Origin: the human T2T-CHM13v2.0 reference genome, Homo sapiens
Assembly: GCF_009914755.1 (NCBI RefSeq)
Contig: NC_060941.1
Reading direction: 5' to 3' (one strand)
Length of the DNA stretch: 64,000 bases
In this document: piece after piece, positions 12,860 through 25,728 of the stretch
How the letters are laid out: every line of letters starts with the position of its first letter
How positions within the stretch are numbered: position 1 is the stretch's first letter
The notes under the pieces: generated by a model
Told to the model about the DNA's origin: nothing
Databases searched by the model: none
What the model saw: only the letters and a program-made list of their open reading frames with translations
Position numbers and translations under genes: made by a program

Positions 12860-15656
12860 AACTCTTTGGCCTTCATTCGAAACGGGTACATCTTCAAATA
12901 AAATCTAGACAGAAGCCTTCTCAGAAACTTCTCTGTGACGATTGCATTCAACTCAAAGCGTTAAACCCTCCTATGGATAGAGCAGTTTTGAATCTCTCTT
13001 TTTGTGGAATCTGCAAGTGGATATGTGGTCCTCATTGAAGATGTCTTTGGAAACGGGAATATCTTCACATAAAAACTAAACAGAAGCATTCTCAGAAACT
13101 TCTCTGTGATGTTTGTGTTCAACTGACAGAGTTTCACGTTGCTTTTCATAGAGCAGATGAGAAACATGCTTTTCGTAGGGTCTGCAAGTGGACATTTGGA
13201 GAGATTTCAGACCTGTGGTGGAAAACGAATTATCGTCACGTAAAAACTAGAGAGAAGCATTGTCAGAAACTTGTTTCTGATGACTGCATTCAACTCACAG
13301 AGTTGAAGGTTCCTTTTCAAACAGCAGTTTCCAAACACTCTTTCTGTGGCATCTGCAAGTGGATGTTTGGGCCTCTTTGAAGATTTCATTGGAAACGGGA
13401 TAATCTTCACAGAAAAGCTAAACAGAAGCATTCTCAGAAACTTCTTTGTGATGTTTGCTTTCAACTCACAGAGTTGAACTTTCCTTTTGAGAGAGAAGCT
13501 TTGAAACACTCTTTTTCTAGAATCTGCAAGTGGATATTTGGAGGGCTTTGAGGCCTGTGGTGGAAAAGGAATTATCTTCCCGTAAGAACTAGATAGATGC
13601 ATTCTCAGAAACTACTTTGTGACGATTGCATTCAAGTCACAGAGGTGAACATTCCCTTTCAGAGAGCACTTTGGAAACTCTCGTTGTGTAGAATCTGCAA
13701 GTGGAGATATGGACCGCTTTGAGGCCTATGGTAGTAAAGGAAACAGCTTCATATAAAAACTAGACAGCAGCATTCTCAGAAAACTCTTTGTGACGACTGA
13801 GTTTAACTCACAGGGCTGAACATTCCTTTGGATGGAGCAGTTTGGAAACACACTATCTGTAGGATCTGCAAGCGGATACTTGGTCCTCTCTGAGGATTTC
13901 GTTGGAAACGGAATAAACCGCACAGAACTAAACAGAAGCATTCTCAGAACCTTCTTCGTGATGTTTGCATTCAACCCACAGTGTTGAACCTTTCTTTGAT
14001 AGTTCAGGTTTGAAACACTCTTTTTGTAGAAACTGCAAGTGGATAACTGCACTTCTTTGAGGCCTATCGTAGTAAAGGAAATAACTTCCTATAAAAACAA
14101 GACAGAAGCTTTCTCAGAAAATTCTCTGGGATGATTGAGTTGAACTCACAGAGCAGTACTTTCCTTGGGATGGAGTAGTTTCGAAACACACTTTCTGTAG
14201 AATCTGCAAGTGGATATTTGGACCTGTCTGAGGAATTCGTTGCAAACGGGATAATTTCAGCTAAGTAAACAGAAGCAGTCTCAGAATCTTCTTGTGATGT
14301 TTGCATTCAAATCCCAGAATTGAACCTTCCTTTGAAAGTTCAGGTTGGAAACACTCTTTTTGCAGGATCTACAAGTGGATATTCGGACCACTCTGTGGAC
14401 TTCGTTCGAAACGGGTATATCTTCACATAACATCTAGACAGAAGCATTCTCAGAAACTTTTCTGTGATGACTGCATTCAACTCACAGAGTTGAACACTCC
14501 TTTTGAGAGCGCAGTTTTGAAACTCTCTTTCTCTGGAATCTGCAAGGGGACATGCAGACCTCTTTGAAGGTTTCGTTGGAAACGGAATCATCTTCACATA
14601 AAAATTACACAGAAGCATCCTCAGGAACTCCTTGGTGATGTTTGTATTCAACTTCCAGAGTTGAACTTTCCTTCGGAAAGAGCAGCTATGAAACACTCTT
14701 TTTCTAGAATCTGCAAGTGGACATTGGGAGGGCTGTGAGGTTTGTGGTGGAAAAGGAAATATCTCCACATAAATACTAGATAGAAGCCTTCTCAGAAACT
14801 ACTTTGTGATGATTGCATTCACCTCACGGAGTGGAGCATTCCTATTGACAGAGCAGTTTGGAAACACTCTTGTTGTAGAATCTGCTAGTGGAGATTTGGA
14901 GCGCTTTGAGGCCTATGGTAGTAAAGGGAAGAGCTTCACATAAAATCTAGACAGAAGCATTCTCAGAAAATACTTTGTGATGATTGAGTTTAACACACAG
15001 AGCTGAACATTCCTTTGGATGGAGAAGGTTTGAAACACACTTTCTGTAGAATCTGCGAGTGGATATTTGGACCTCTCTGAGGATTTCGTTGGAAACGGGA
15101 TAACTGCACCTAACTAAACGGAAGCATTCTCACAAAATTCTTTGTGATGTTTGCATTCAAATCCCAGAGTTGAACCTTCCTTTGATAGTTCAGCTTTGAA
15201 ACACTCTTTTTGTAGGATCTGCAGGTGGATATTTGGACAACACTTTGGCCTTCATTCGAAACGGGTACATCTTCAAATAAAATCTAGACAGAAGCCTTCT
15301 CAGAAACTTCTCTGTGACGATTGCATTCAACTCAAAGCGTTGAACCCTCCTATGGATAGAGCAGTTTTGAATCTCTCTTTTTGTGGAATCTGCAAGTGGA
15401 TATGTGGTCCTCATTGAAGATGTCTTTGGAAACGGGAATATCTTCACATAAAAACTAAACAGAAGCATTCTCAGAAACTTCTCTGTGATGTTTGTGTTCA
15501 ACTCACAGAGTTTCACGTTGCTTTTCATAGAGCAGATGAGAAACATGCTTTTCGTAGGGTCTGCAAGTGGACATTTGGAGAGATTTCAGACCTGTGGTGG
15601 AAAACGAATTATCGTCACGTAAAAACTAGAGAGAAGCATTGTCAGAAACTTGTTTC
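12860..15656 (+). repeat. Sister HOR pair U6/U7 (single-HOR duplication)
   Basis: Five variants private to these two units: GGACAA, CTTCATTCG, CTCATTGAAG, CAGACCTG, TTGTTTCTGA. Confidence 0.85.
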
Positions 15657-17262
15657 TGATGACTGCATTCAACTCACAGAGTTGAAGGTTCCTTTTCAAA
15701 CAGCAGTTTCCAAACACTCTTTCTGTGGCATCTGCAAGTGGATGTTTGGGCCTCTTTGAAGATTTCGTTGGAAACGGGATAATCTTCACAGAAAAGCTAA
15801 ACAGAAGCATTCTCAGAAACTTCTTTGTGATGTTTGCTTTCAACTCACAGAGTTGAACTTTCCTTTTGAGAGAGAAGCTATGAAACACTCTTTTTCAAGA
15901 ATCTGCAAGTGGATATTTGGAGGGCTTTGAGGCCTGTGGTGGAAAAGGAATTATCTTCCCGTAAGAACTAGATAGATGCATTCTCAGAAACTACTTTGTG
16001 ACGATTGCATTCAAGTCACAGAGGTGAACATTCCCTTTCAGAGAGCACTTTGGAAACTCTCGTTGTGTAGAATCTGCAAGTGGAGATATGGACCACTTTG
16101 AGGCCTATGGTAGTAAAGGAAACAGCTTCATATAAAAACTAGACAGCAGCATTCTCAGAAAACTCTTTGTGACGACTGAGTTTAACTCACAGGGCTGAAC
16201 ATTCCTTTGGATGGAGCAGTTTGGAAACACACTATCTGTAGGATCTGCAAGCGGATACTTGGGCCTCCCTGAGGATTTCGTTGGAAACGGGATAAACCGC
16301 ACAGAACTAAACAGAAGCATTCTCAGAACCTTCTTCGTGATGTTTGCATTCAACCCACAGTGTTGAACCTTTCTTTGATAGTTCAGGTTTGAAACACTCT
16401 TTTTGTAGAAACTGCAAGTGGATAACTGCACTTCTTTGAGGCCTATCGTAGTAAAGGAAATAACTTCCTATAAAAACAAGACAGAAGCTTTCTCAGAAAA
16501 TTCTCTGGGATGATTGAGTTGAACTCACAGAGCAGTACTTTCCTTGGGATGGAGTAGTTTCGAAACACACTTTCTGTAGAATCTGCAAGTGGATATTTGG
16601 ACCTGTCTGAGGAATTCGTTGCAAACGGGATAATTTCAGCTAAGTAAACAGAAGCAGTCTCAGAATCTTCTTGTGATGTTTGCATTCAAATCCCAGAATT
16701 GAACCTTCCTTTGAAAGTTCAGGTTGGAAACACTCTTTTTGCAGGATCTACAAGTGGATATTCGGACCACTCTGTGGACTTCCTTCGAAACGGGTATATC
16801 TTCACATAACATCTAGACAGAAGCATTCTCAGAAACTTTTCTGTGATGACTGCATTCAACTCACAGAGTTGAACACTCCTTTTGAGAGCGCAGTTTTGAA
16901 ACTCTCTTTCTCTGGAATCTGCAAGGGGACATGCAGACCTCTTTGAAGGTTTCGTTGGAAACGGAATCATCTTCACATAAAAATTACACAGAAGCATCCT
17001 CAGGAACTCCTTGGTGATGTTTGTATTCAACTTCCAGAGTTGAACTTTCCTTCGGAAAGAGCAGCTATGAAACAATCTTTTTCTAGAATCTGCAAGTGGA
17101 CATTGGGAGGGCTGTGAGGTTTGTGGTGGAAAAGGAAATATCTCCACATAAATACTAGAGAGAAGCCTTCTCAGAAACTACTTTGTGATGATTGCATTCA
17201 CCTCACGGAGTGGAGCATTCCTATTGACAGAGCAGTTTGGAAACTCTCTTGTTGTAGAATCT

Positions 17263-20200
17263 CCTAGTGGTGATTTGGAGCGCTTTGAGGCCTATGGTAG
17301 TAAAGGGAAGAGATTCACATAAAATCTAGACAGAAGCATTCTCAGAAAATACTTTGTGATGATTGAGTTTAACACACAGAGCTGAACATTCCTTTGGATG
17401 GAGAAGGTTTGAAACACACTTTCTGTAGAATCTGCGAGTGGATATTTGGACCTCTCTGAGGATTTCGTTGGAAACGGGATAACTGCACCTAACTAAACGG
17501 AAGCATTCTCACAAAATTCTTTGTGATGTTTGCATTCAAATCCCAGAGTTGAACCTTCCTTTGATAGTTCAGCTTTGAAACACTCTTTTTGTAGGATCTG
17601 CAAGTGGATACTTGGACCACTCTTTGGCCTTCGTTCGAAACGGGTACATCTTCAAATAAAATCTAGACAGAAGCCTTCTCAGAAACTTCTCTGTGACGAT
17701 TGCATTCAACTCAAACAGTTGAACCCTCCTATGGATAGAGCAGTTTTGAATCTCTCTTTTTGTGGAATCTGCAAGTGGATATGTGGTCCTCTTTGAAGAT
17801 GTCTTTGGAAACGGGAATATCTTCACATAAAAACTAAACAGAAGCATTCTCAGAAACTTCTCTGTGATGTTTGTGTTCAACTCACAGAGTTTCACGTTGC
17901 TTTTCATAGAGCAGATTAGAAACATACTTTTCGTAGGGTCTGCAAGTGGACATTTGGAGAGATTTCATGCCTGTGGTGGAAAACGAATTATCGTCACGTA
18001 AAAACTAGAGAGAAGCATTGTCAGAAACTTGTTTGTGATGACTGCATTCCACTCACAGAGTTGAAGGTTCCTTTTCAAACAGCAGTTTCCAAACACTCTT
18101 TCTGTGGCATCTGCAAGTGGATGTTTGGGCCTCTTTGAAGATTTCGTTGGAAACGGGATAATCTTCACAGAAAAGCTAAACAGAAGCATTCTCAGAAACT
18201 TCTTTGTGATGTTTGCTTTCAACTCACAGAGTTGAACTTTCCTTTTGAGAGAGAAGCTTTGAAACACTCTTTTTCTAGAATCTGCAAGTGGATATTTGGA
18301 GGGCTTTGAGGCCTGTGGTGGAAAAGGAATTATCTTCCCGTAAGAACTAGATAGATGCATTCTCAGAAACTAATTTGTGACGATTGCATTCAAGTCACAG
18401 AGGTGAACATTCCCTTTCAGAGAGCACTTTGGAAACTCTCGTTGTGTAGAATCTGCAAGTGGAGACATGGACCGCTTTGAGGCCTATGGTAGTAAAGGAA
18501 ACAGCTTCGTATAAAAATTAGACAGCAGCATTCTCAGAAAACTCTTTGTGACGACTGAGTTTAACTCACAGGGCTGAACATTCCTTTGGATGGAGCAGTT
18601 TGGAAACACACTATCTGTAGGATCTGCAAGCGGATACTTGGGCCTCTCTGAGGATTTCGTTGGAAACGGGATAAACCGCACAGAACTAAACAGAAGCATT
18701 CTCAGAACCTTCTTCGTGATGTTTGCATTCAACCCACAGTGTTGAACCTTTCTTTGATAGTTCAGGTTTGAAACACTCTTTTTGTAGAAACTGCAAGTGG
18801 ATAACTGCACTTCTTTGAGGCCTATCGTAGTAAAGGAAATAACTTCCTATAAAAACAAGACAGAAGCTTTCTCAGAAAAATCTCTGGGATGATTGTGTTG
18901 AACTCACAGAGCAGTACTTTCCTTGGGATGGAGTAGTTTCGAAACACACTTTCTGTAGAATCTGCAAGTGGATATTTGGACCTGTCTGAGGAATTCGTTG
19001 CAAACGGGATAATTTCAGCTAAGTAAACAGAAGCAGTCTCAGAATCTTCTTGTGATGTTTGCATTCAAATCCCAGAATTGAACCTTCCTTTGAAAGTTCA
19101 GGTTGGAAACACTCTTTTTGCAGGATCTACAAGTGGATATTCGGACCACTCTGTGGACTTCGTTCGAAACGGGTATATCTTCACATAACATCTAGACAGA
19201 AGCATTCTCAGAAACTTTTCTGTGATGACTGCATTCAACACACAGAGTTGAACACTCCTTTTGAGAGCGCAGTTTTGAAACTCTCTTTCTCTGGAATCTG
19301 CAAGGGGACATGCAGACCTCTTTGAAGGTTTCGTTGGAAACGGAATCATCTTCACATAAAAATTACACAGAAGCATCCTCAGGAACTCCTTGGTGATGTT
19401 TGTATTCAACTTCCAGAGTTGAACTTTCCTTCGGAAAGAGCAGCTATGAAACACTCTTTTTCTAGAATCTGCAAGTGGACATTGGGAGGGCTGTGAGGTT
19501 TGTGGTGGAAAAGGAAATATCTCCACATAAATACTAGATAGAAGCCTTCTCAGAAACTACTTTGTGATGATTGCATTCACCTCACGGAGTGGAGCATTCC
19601 TATTGACAGAGCAGTTTGGAAACACTCTTGTTGTAGAATCTGCTAGTGGAGATTTGGAGCGCTTTGAGGCCTATGGTAGTAAAGGGAAGAGCTTCACATA
19701 AAATCTAGACAGAAGCATTCTCAGAAAATACTTTGTGATGATTGAGTTTAACACACAGAGCTGAACATTCCTTTGGATGGAGAAGGTTTGAAACACACTT
19801 TCTGTAGAATCTGCGAGTGGATATTTGGACCTCTCTGAGGATTTCGTTGGAAACGGGATAACTGCACCTAACTAAACGGAAGCATTCTCACAAAATTCTT
19901 TGTGATGTTTGCATTCAAATCCCAGAGTTGAACCTTCCTTTGATAGTCCAACTTTGAAACACTCTTTTTGTAGGATCTGCAGGTGGATATTTGGACCACT
20001 CTTTGGCCTTCGTTCGAAACGGGTACATCTTCAAATAAAATCTAGACAGAAGCCTTCTCAGAAACTTCTCTGTGACGATTGCATTCAACTCAAAGCGTTG
20101 AACCCTCCTATGGATAGAGCAGTTTTGAATCTCTCTTTTTGTGGAATCTGCAAGTGGATATGTGGTCCTCTTTGAAGATGTCTTTGGAAACGGGAATATC

Positions 20201-23200
20201 TTCACATAAAAACTAAACAGAAGCATTCTCAGAAACTTCTCTGTGATGTTTGTGTTCAACTCACAGAGTTTCACGTTGCTTTTCATAGAGCAGATGAGAA
20301 ACATGCTTTTCGTAGGGTCTGCAAGTGGACATTTGGAGAGATTTCAGGCCTGTGGTGGAAAACGAATTATCGTCACGTAAAAACTAGAGAGAAGCATTGT
20401 CAGAAACTTGTTTGTGATGACTGCATTCAACTCACAGAGTTGAAGGTTCCTTTTCAAACAGCAGTTTCCAAACACTCTTTCTGTGGCATCTGCAAGTGGA
20501 TGTTTGGGCCTCTTTGAAGATTTCGTTGGAAACGGGATAATCTTCACAGAAAAGCTAAACAGAAGCATTCTCAGAAACTTCTTTGTGATGTTTGCTTTCA
20601 ACTCACAGAGTTGAACTTTCCTTTTGAGAGAGAAGCTTTGAAACACTCTTTTTCTAGAATCTGCAAGTGGATATTTGGAGGGCTTTGAGGCCTGTGGTGG
20701 AAAAGGAATTATCTTCCCGTAAGAACTAGATGGATGCATTCTCAGAAACTACTTTGTGACGATGGCATTCAAGTCACAGAGGTGAACATTCCCTTTCAGA
20801 GAGCACTTTGGAAACTCTCGTTGTGTAGAATCTGCAAGTGGAGATATGGACCGCTTTGAGGCCTATGGTAGTAAAGGAAACAGCTTCATATAAAAACTAG
20901 ACAGCAGCATTCTCAGAAAACTCTTTGTGACGACTGAGTTTAACTCACAGGGCTGAACATTCCTTTGGACGGAGCAGTTTGGAAACACACTATCTGTAGG
21001 ATCTGCAAGCGGATACTTGGGCCTCTCTGAGGATTTCGTTGGAAACGGGATAAACCGCACAGAACTAAACAGAAGCATTCTCAGAACCTTCTTCGTGATG
21101 TTTGCATTCAACCCACAGTGTTGAACCTTTCTTTGATAGTTCAGGTTTGAAACACTCTTTTTGTAGAAACTGCAAGTGGATAACTGCACTTCTTTGAGGC
21201 CTATCGTAGTAAAGGAAATAACTTCCTATAAAAACAAGACAGAAGCTTTCTCAGAAAATTCTCTGGGATGATTGAGTTGAACTCACAGAGCAGTACTTTC
21301 CTTGGGATGGAGTAGTTTCGAAACACACTTTCTGTAGAATCTGCAAGTGGATATTTGGACCTGTCTGAGGAATTCGTTGCAAACGGGATAATTTCAGCTA
21401 AGTAAACAGAAGCAGTCTCAGAATCTTCTTGTGATGTTTGCATTCAAATCCCAGAATTGAACCTTCCTTTGAAAGTTCAGGTTGGAAACACTCTTTTTGC
21501 AGGATCTACAAGTGGATATTCGGACCACTCTGTGGACTTCGTTCGAAACGGGTATATCTTCACATAACATCTAGACAGAAGCATTCTCAGAAACTTTTCT
21601 GTGATGACTGCATTCAACTCACAGAGTTGAACACTCCTTTTGAGAGCGCAGTTTTGAAACTCTCTTTCTCTGGAATCTGCAAGGGGACATGCAGACCTCT
21701 TTGAAGGTTTCGTTGGAAACGGAATCATCTTCACATAAAAATTACACAGAAGCATCCTCAGGAACTCCTTGGTGATGTATGTATTCAACTTCCAGAGTTG
21801 AACTTTCCTTCGGAAAGAGCAGCTATGAAACACTCTTTTTCTAGAATCTGCAAGTGGACCTTGGGAGGGCTGTGAGGTTTGTGGTGGAAAAGGAAATATC
21901 TCCACATAAATACTAGATAGAAGCCTTCTCAGAAACTACTTTGTGATGATTGCATTCACCTCACGGAGTGGAGCATTCCTATTGACAGAGCAGTTTGGAA
22001 ACACTCTTGTTGTAGAATCTCCTAGTGGAGATTTGGAGCGCTTTGAGGCCTATGGTAGTAAAGGGAAGAGCTTCACATAAAATCTAGACAGAAGCATTCT
22101 CAGAAAATACTTTGTGATGATTGAGTTTAACACACAGAGCTGAACATTCCTTTGGATGGAGAAGGTTTGAAACACACTTTCTGTAGAATCTGCGAGTGGA
22201 TATTTGGACCTCTCTGAGGATTTCGTTGGAAACGGGATAACTGCACCTAACTAAACGGAAGCATTCTCACAAAATTCTTTGTGATGTTTGCATTCAAATC
22301 CCAGAGTTGAACCTTCCTTTGATAGTTCAGCTTTGAAACACTCTTTTTGTAGGATCTGCAAGTGGATACTTGGACCACTCTTTGGCCTTCGTACGAAACG
22401 GGTACATCTTCAAATAAAATCTAGACAGAAGCCTTCTCAGAGACTTCTCTGTGACGATTGCATTCAACTCAAAGAGTTGAACCCTCCTATGGATAGAGCA
22501 GTTTTGAATCTCTCTTTTTGTGGAATCTGCAAGTGGATATGTGGTCCTCTTTGAAGATGTCTTTGGAAACGGGAATATCTTCACATAAAAACTAAACAGA
22601 AGCATTCTCAGAAACTTCTCTGTGATGTTTGTGTTCAACTCACAGAGTTTCACGTTGCTTTTCATAGAGCAGATGAGAAACGTACTTTTCGTAGGGTCTG
22701 CTAGTGGACATTTGGAGAGATTTCAGGCCTGTGATGGAAAACGAATTATCGTCACGTAAAAACTAGAGAGAAGCATTGTCAGAAACTTGTTTGTGATGAC
22801 TGCATTCCACTCACAGAGTTGAAGGTTCCTTTTCAAACAGCAGTTTCCAAACACTCTTTCTGTGGCATCTGCAAGTGGATGTTTGGGCCTCTTTGAAGAT
22901 TTCGTTGGAAACGGGATAATCTTCACAGAAAAGCTAAACAGAAGCATTCTCAGAAACTTCTTTGTGACGTTTGCTTTCAACTCACAGAGTTGAACCTTCC
23001 TTTTGAGAGAGAAGCTTTGAAACACTCTTTTTCTAGAATCTGCAAGTGGATATTTGGAGGGCTTTGAGGCCTGTGGTGGAAAAGGAATTATCTTCCCGTA
23101 AGAACTAGATAGATGCATTCTCAGAAACTACTTTGTGACGATTGCATTCAAGTCACAGAGGTGAACATTCCCTTTCAGAGAGCACTTTGGAAACTCTCGT

Positions 23201-25728
23201 TGTGTAGAATCTGCAAGTGGAGATATGGACCGCTTTGAGGCCTATGGTAGTAAAGGAAACAGCTTCGTATAAAAACTAGACAGCAGCATTCTCAGAAAAC
23301 TCTTTGTGACGACTGAGTTTAACTCACAGGGCTGAACATTCCTTTGGATGGAGCAGTTTGGAAACACACTATCTGTAGGATCTGCAAGCGGATACTTGGG
23401 CCTCTCTGAGGATTTCGTTGGAAACGGGATAAACCGCACAGAACTAAACAGAAGCATTCTCAGAACCTTCTTCGTGATGTTTGCATTCAACCCACAGTGT
23501 TGAACCTTTCTTTGATAGTTCAGGTTTGAAACACTCTTTTTGTAGAAACTGCAAGTGGATAACTGCACTTCTTTGAGGCCTATCGTAGTAAAGGAAATAA
23601 CTTCCTATGAAAACAAGACAGAAGCTTTCTCAGAAAAATCTCTGGGATGATTGTGTTGAACTCACAGAGCAGTACTTTCCTTGGGATGGAGTAGTTTCGA
23701 AACACACTTTCTGTAGAATCTGCAAGTTGATATTTGGACCTGTCTGAGGAATTCGTTGCAAACGGGATAATTTCAGCTAAGTAAACAGAAGCAGTCTCAG
23801 AATCTTCTTGTGATGTTTGCATTCAAATCCCAGAATTGAACCTTCCTTTGAAAGTTCAGGTTGGAAACACTCTTTTTGCAGGATCTACAAGTGGATATTC
23901 GGACCACTCTGTGGACTTCGTTCGAAACGGGTATATCTTCACATAACATCTAGACAGAAGCATTCTCAGAAACTTTTCTGTGATGACTGCATTCAACACA
24001 CAGAGTTGAACACTCCTTTTGAGAGCGCAGTTTTGAAACTCTCTTTCTCTGGAATCTGCAAGGGGACATGCAGACCTCTTTGAAGGTTTCGTTGGAAACG
24101 GAATCATCTTCACATAAAAATTACACAGAAGCATCCTCAGGAACTCCTTGGTGATGTTTGTATTCAACTTCCAGAGTTGAACTTTCCTTCGGAAAGAGCA
24201 GCTATGAAACACTCTTTTTCTAGAATCTGCAAGTGGACATTGGGAGGGCTGTGAGGTTTGTGGTGGAAAAGGAAATATCTCCACATAAATACTAGATAGA
24301 AGCCTTCTCAGAAACTACTTTGTGATGATTGCATTCACCTCACGGAGTGGAGCATTCCTATTGACAGAGCAGTTTGGAAACACTCTTGTTGTAGAATCTG
24401 CTAGTGGAGATTTGGAGCGCTTTGAGGCCTATGGTAGTAAAGGGAAGAGCTTCACATAAAATCTAGACAGAAGCATTCTCAGAAAATACTTTGTGATGAT
24501 TGAGTTTAACACACAGAGCTGAACATTCCTTTGGATGGAGAAGGTTTGAAACACACTTTCTGTAGAATCTGCGAGTGGATATTTGGACCTCTCTGAGGAT
24601 TTCGTTGGAAACGGGATAACTGCACCTAACTAAACGGAAGCATTCTCACAAAATTCTTTGTGATGTTTGCATTCAAATCCCAGAGTTGAACCTTCCTTTG
24701 ATAGTCCAACTTTGAAACACTCTTTTTGTAGGATCTGCAGGTGGATATTTGGACCACTCTTTGGCCTTCGTTCGAAACGGGTACATCTTCAAATAAAATC
24801 TAGACAGAAGCCTTCTCAGAAACTTCTCTGTGACGATTGCATTCAACTCAAAGCGTTGAACCCTCCTATGGATAGAGCAGTTTTGAATCTCTCTTTTTGT
24901 GGAATCTGCAAGTGGATATGTGGTCCTCTTTGAAGATGTCTTTGGAAACGGGAATATCTTCACATAAAAACTAAACAGAAGCATTCTCAGAAACTTCTCT
25001 GTGATGTTTGTGTTCAACTCACAGAGTTTCACGTTGCTTTTCATAGAGCAGATGAGAAACATGCTTTTCGTAGGGTCTGCAAGTGGACATTTGGAGAGCT
25101 TTCAGGCCTGTGGTGGAAAACGAATTATCGTCACGTAAAAACTAGAGAGAAGCATTGTCAGAAACTTGTTTGTGATGACTGCATTCAACTCACAGAGTTG
25201 AAGGTTCCTTTTCAAACAGCAGTTTCCAAACACTCTTTCTGTGGCATCTGCAAGTGGATGTTTGGGCCTCTTTGAAGATTTCGTTGGAAACGGGATAATC
25301 TTCACAGAAAAGCTAAACAGAAGCATTCTCAGAAACTTCTTTGTGATGTTTGCTTTCAACTCACAGAGTTGAACTTTCCTTTTGAGAGAGAAGCTTTGAA
25401 ACACTCTTTTTCTACAATCTGCAAGTGGATATTTGGAGGGCTTTGAGGCCTGTGGTGGAAAAGGAATTATCTTCCCGTAAGAACTAGATGGATGCATTCT
25501 CAGAAACTACTTTGTGACGATGGCATTCAAGTCACAGAGGTGAACATTCCCTTTCAGAGAGCACTTTGGAAACTCTCGTTGTGTAGAATCTGCAAGTGGA
25601 GATATGGACCGCTTTGAGGCCTATGGTAGTAAAGGAAACAGCTTCATATAAAAACTAGACAGCAGCATTCTCAGAAAACTCTTTGTGACGACTGAGTTTA
25701 ACTCACAGGGCTGAACATTCCTTTGGAC
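17263..25728 (+). repeat. Tandem duplication of a 2-HOR block (4758-bp period), U8-U9 / U10-U11
   Basis: U8 and U10 share CTTCGTATAA, GAAAAATCTCTGGG and GATTGTGTTG. U9 and U11 share CAACACACAG, GATAGTCCAACT, GATGGATGC, GATGGCATT and TTGGACGG. Confidence 0.88.
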
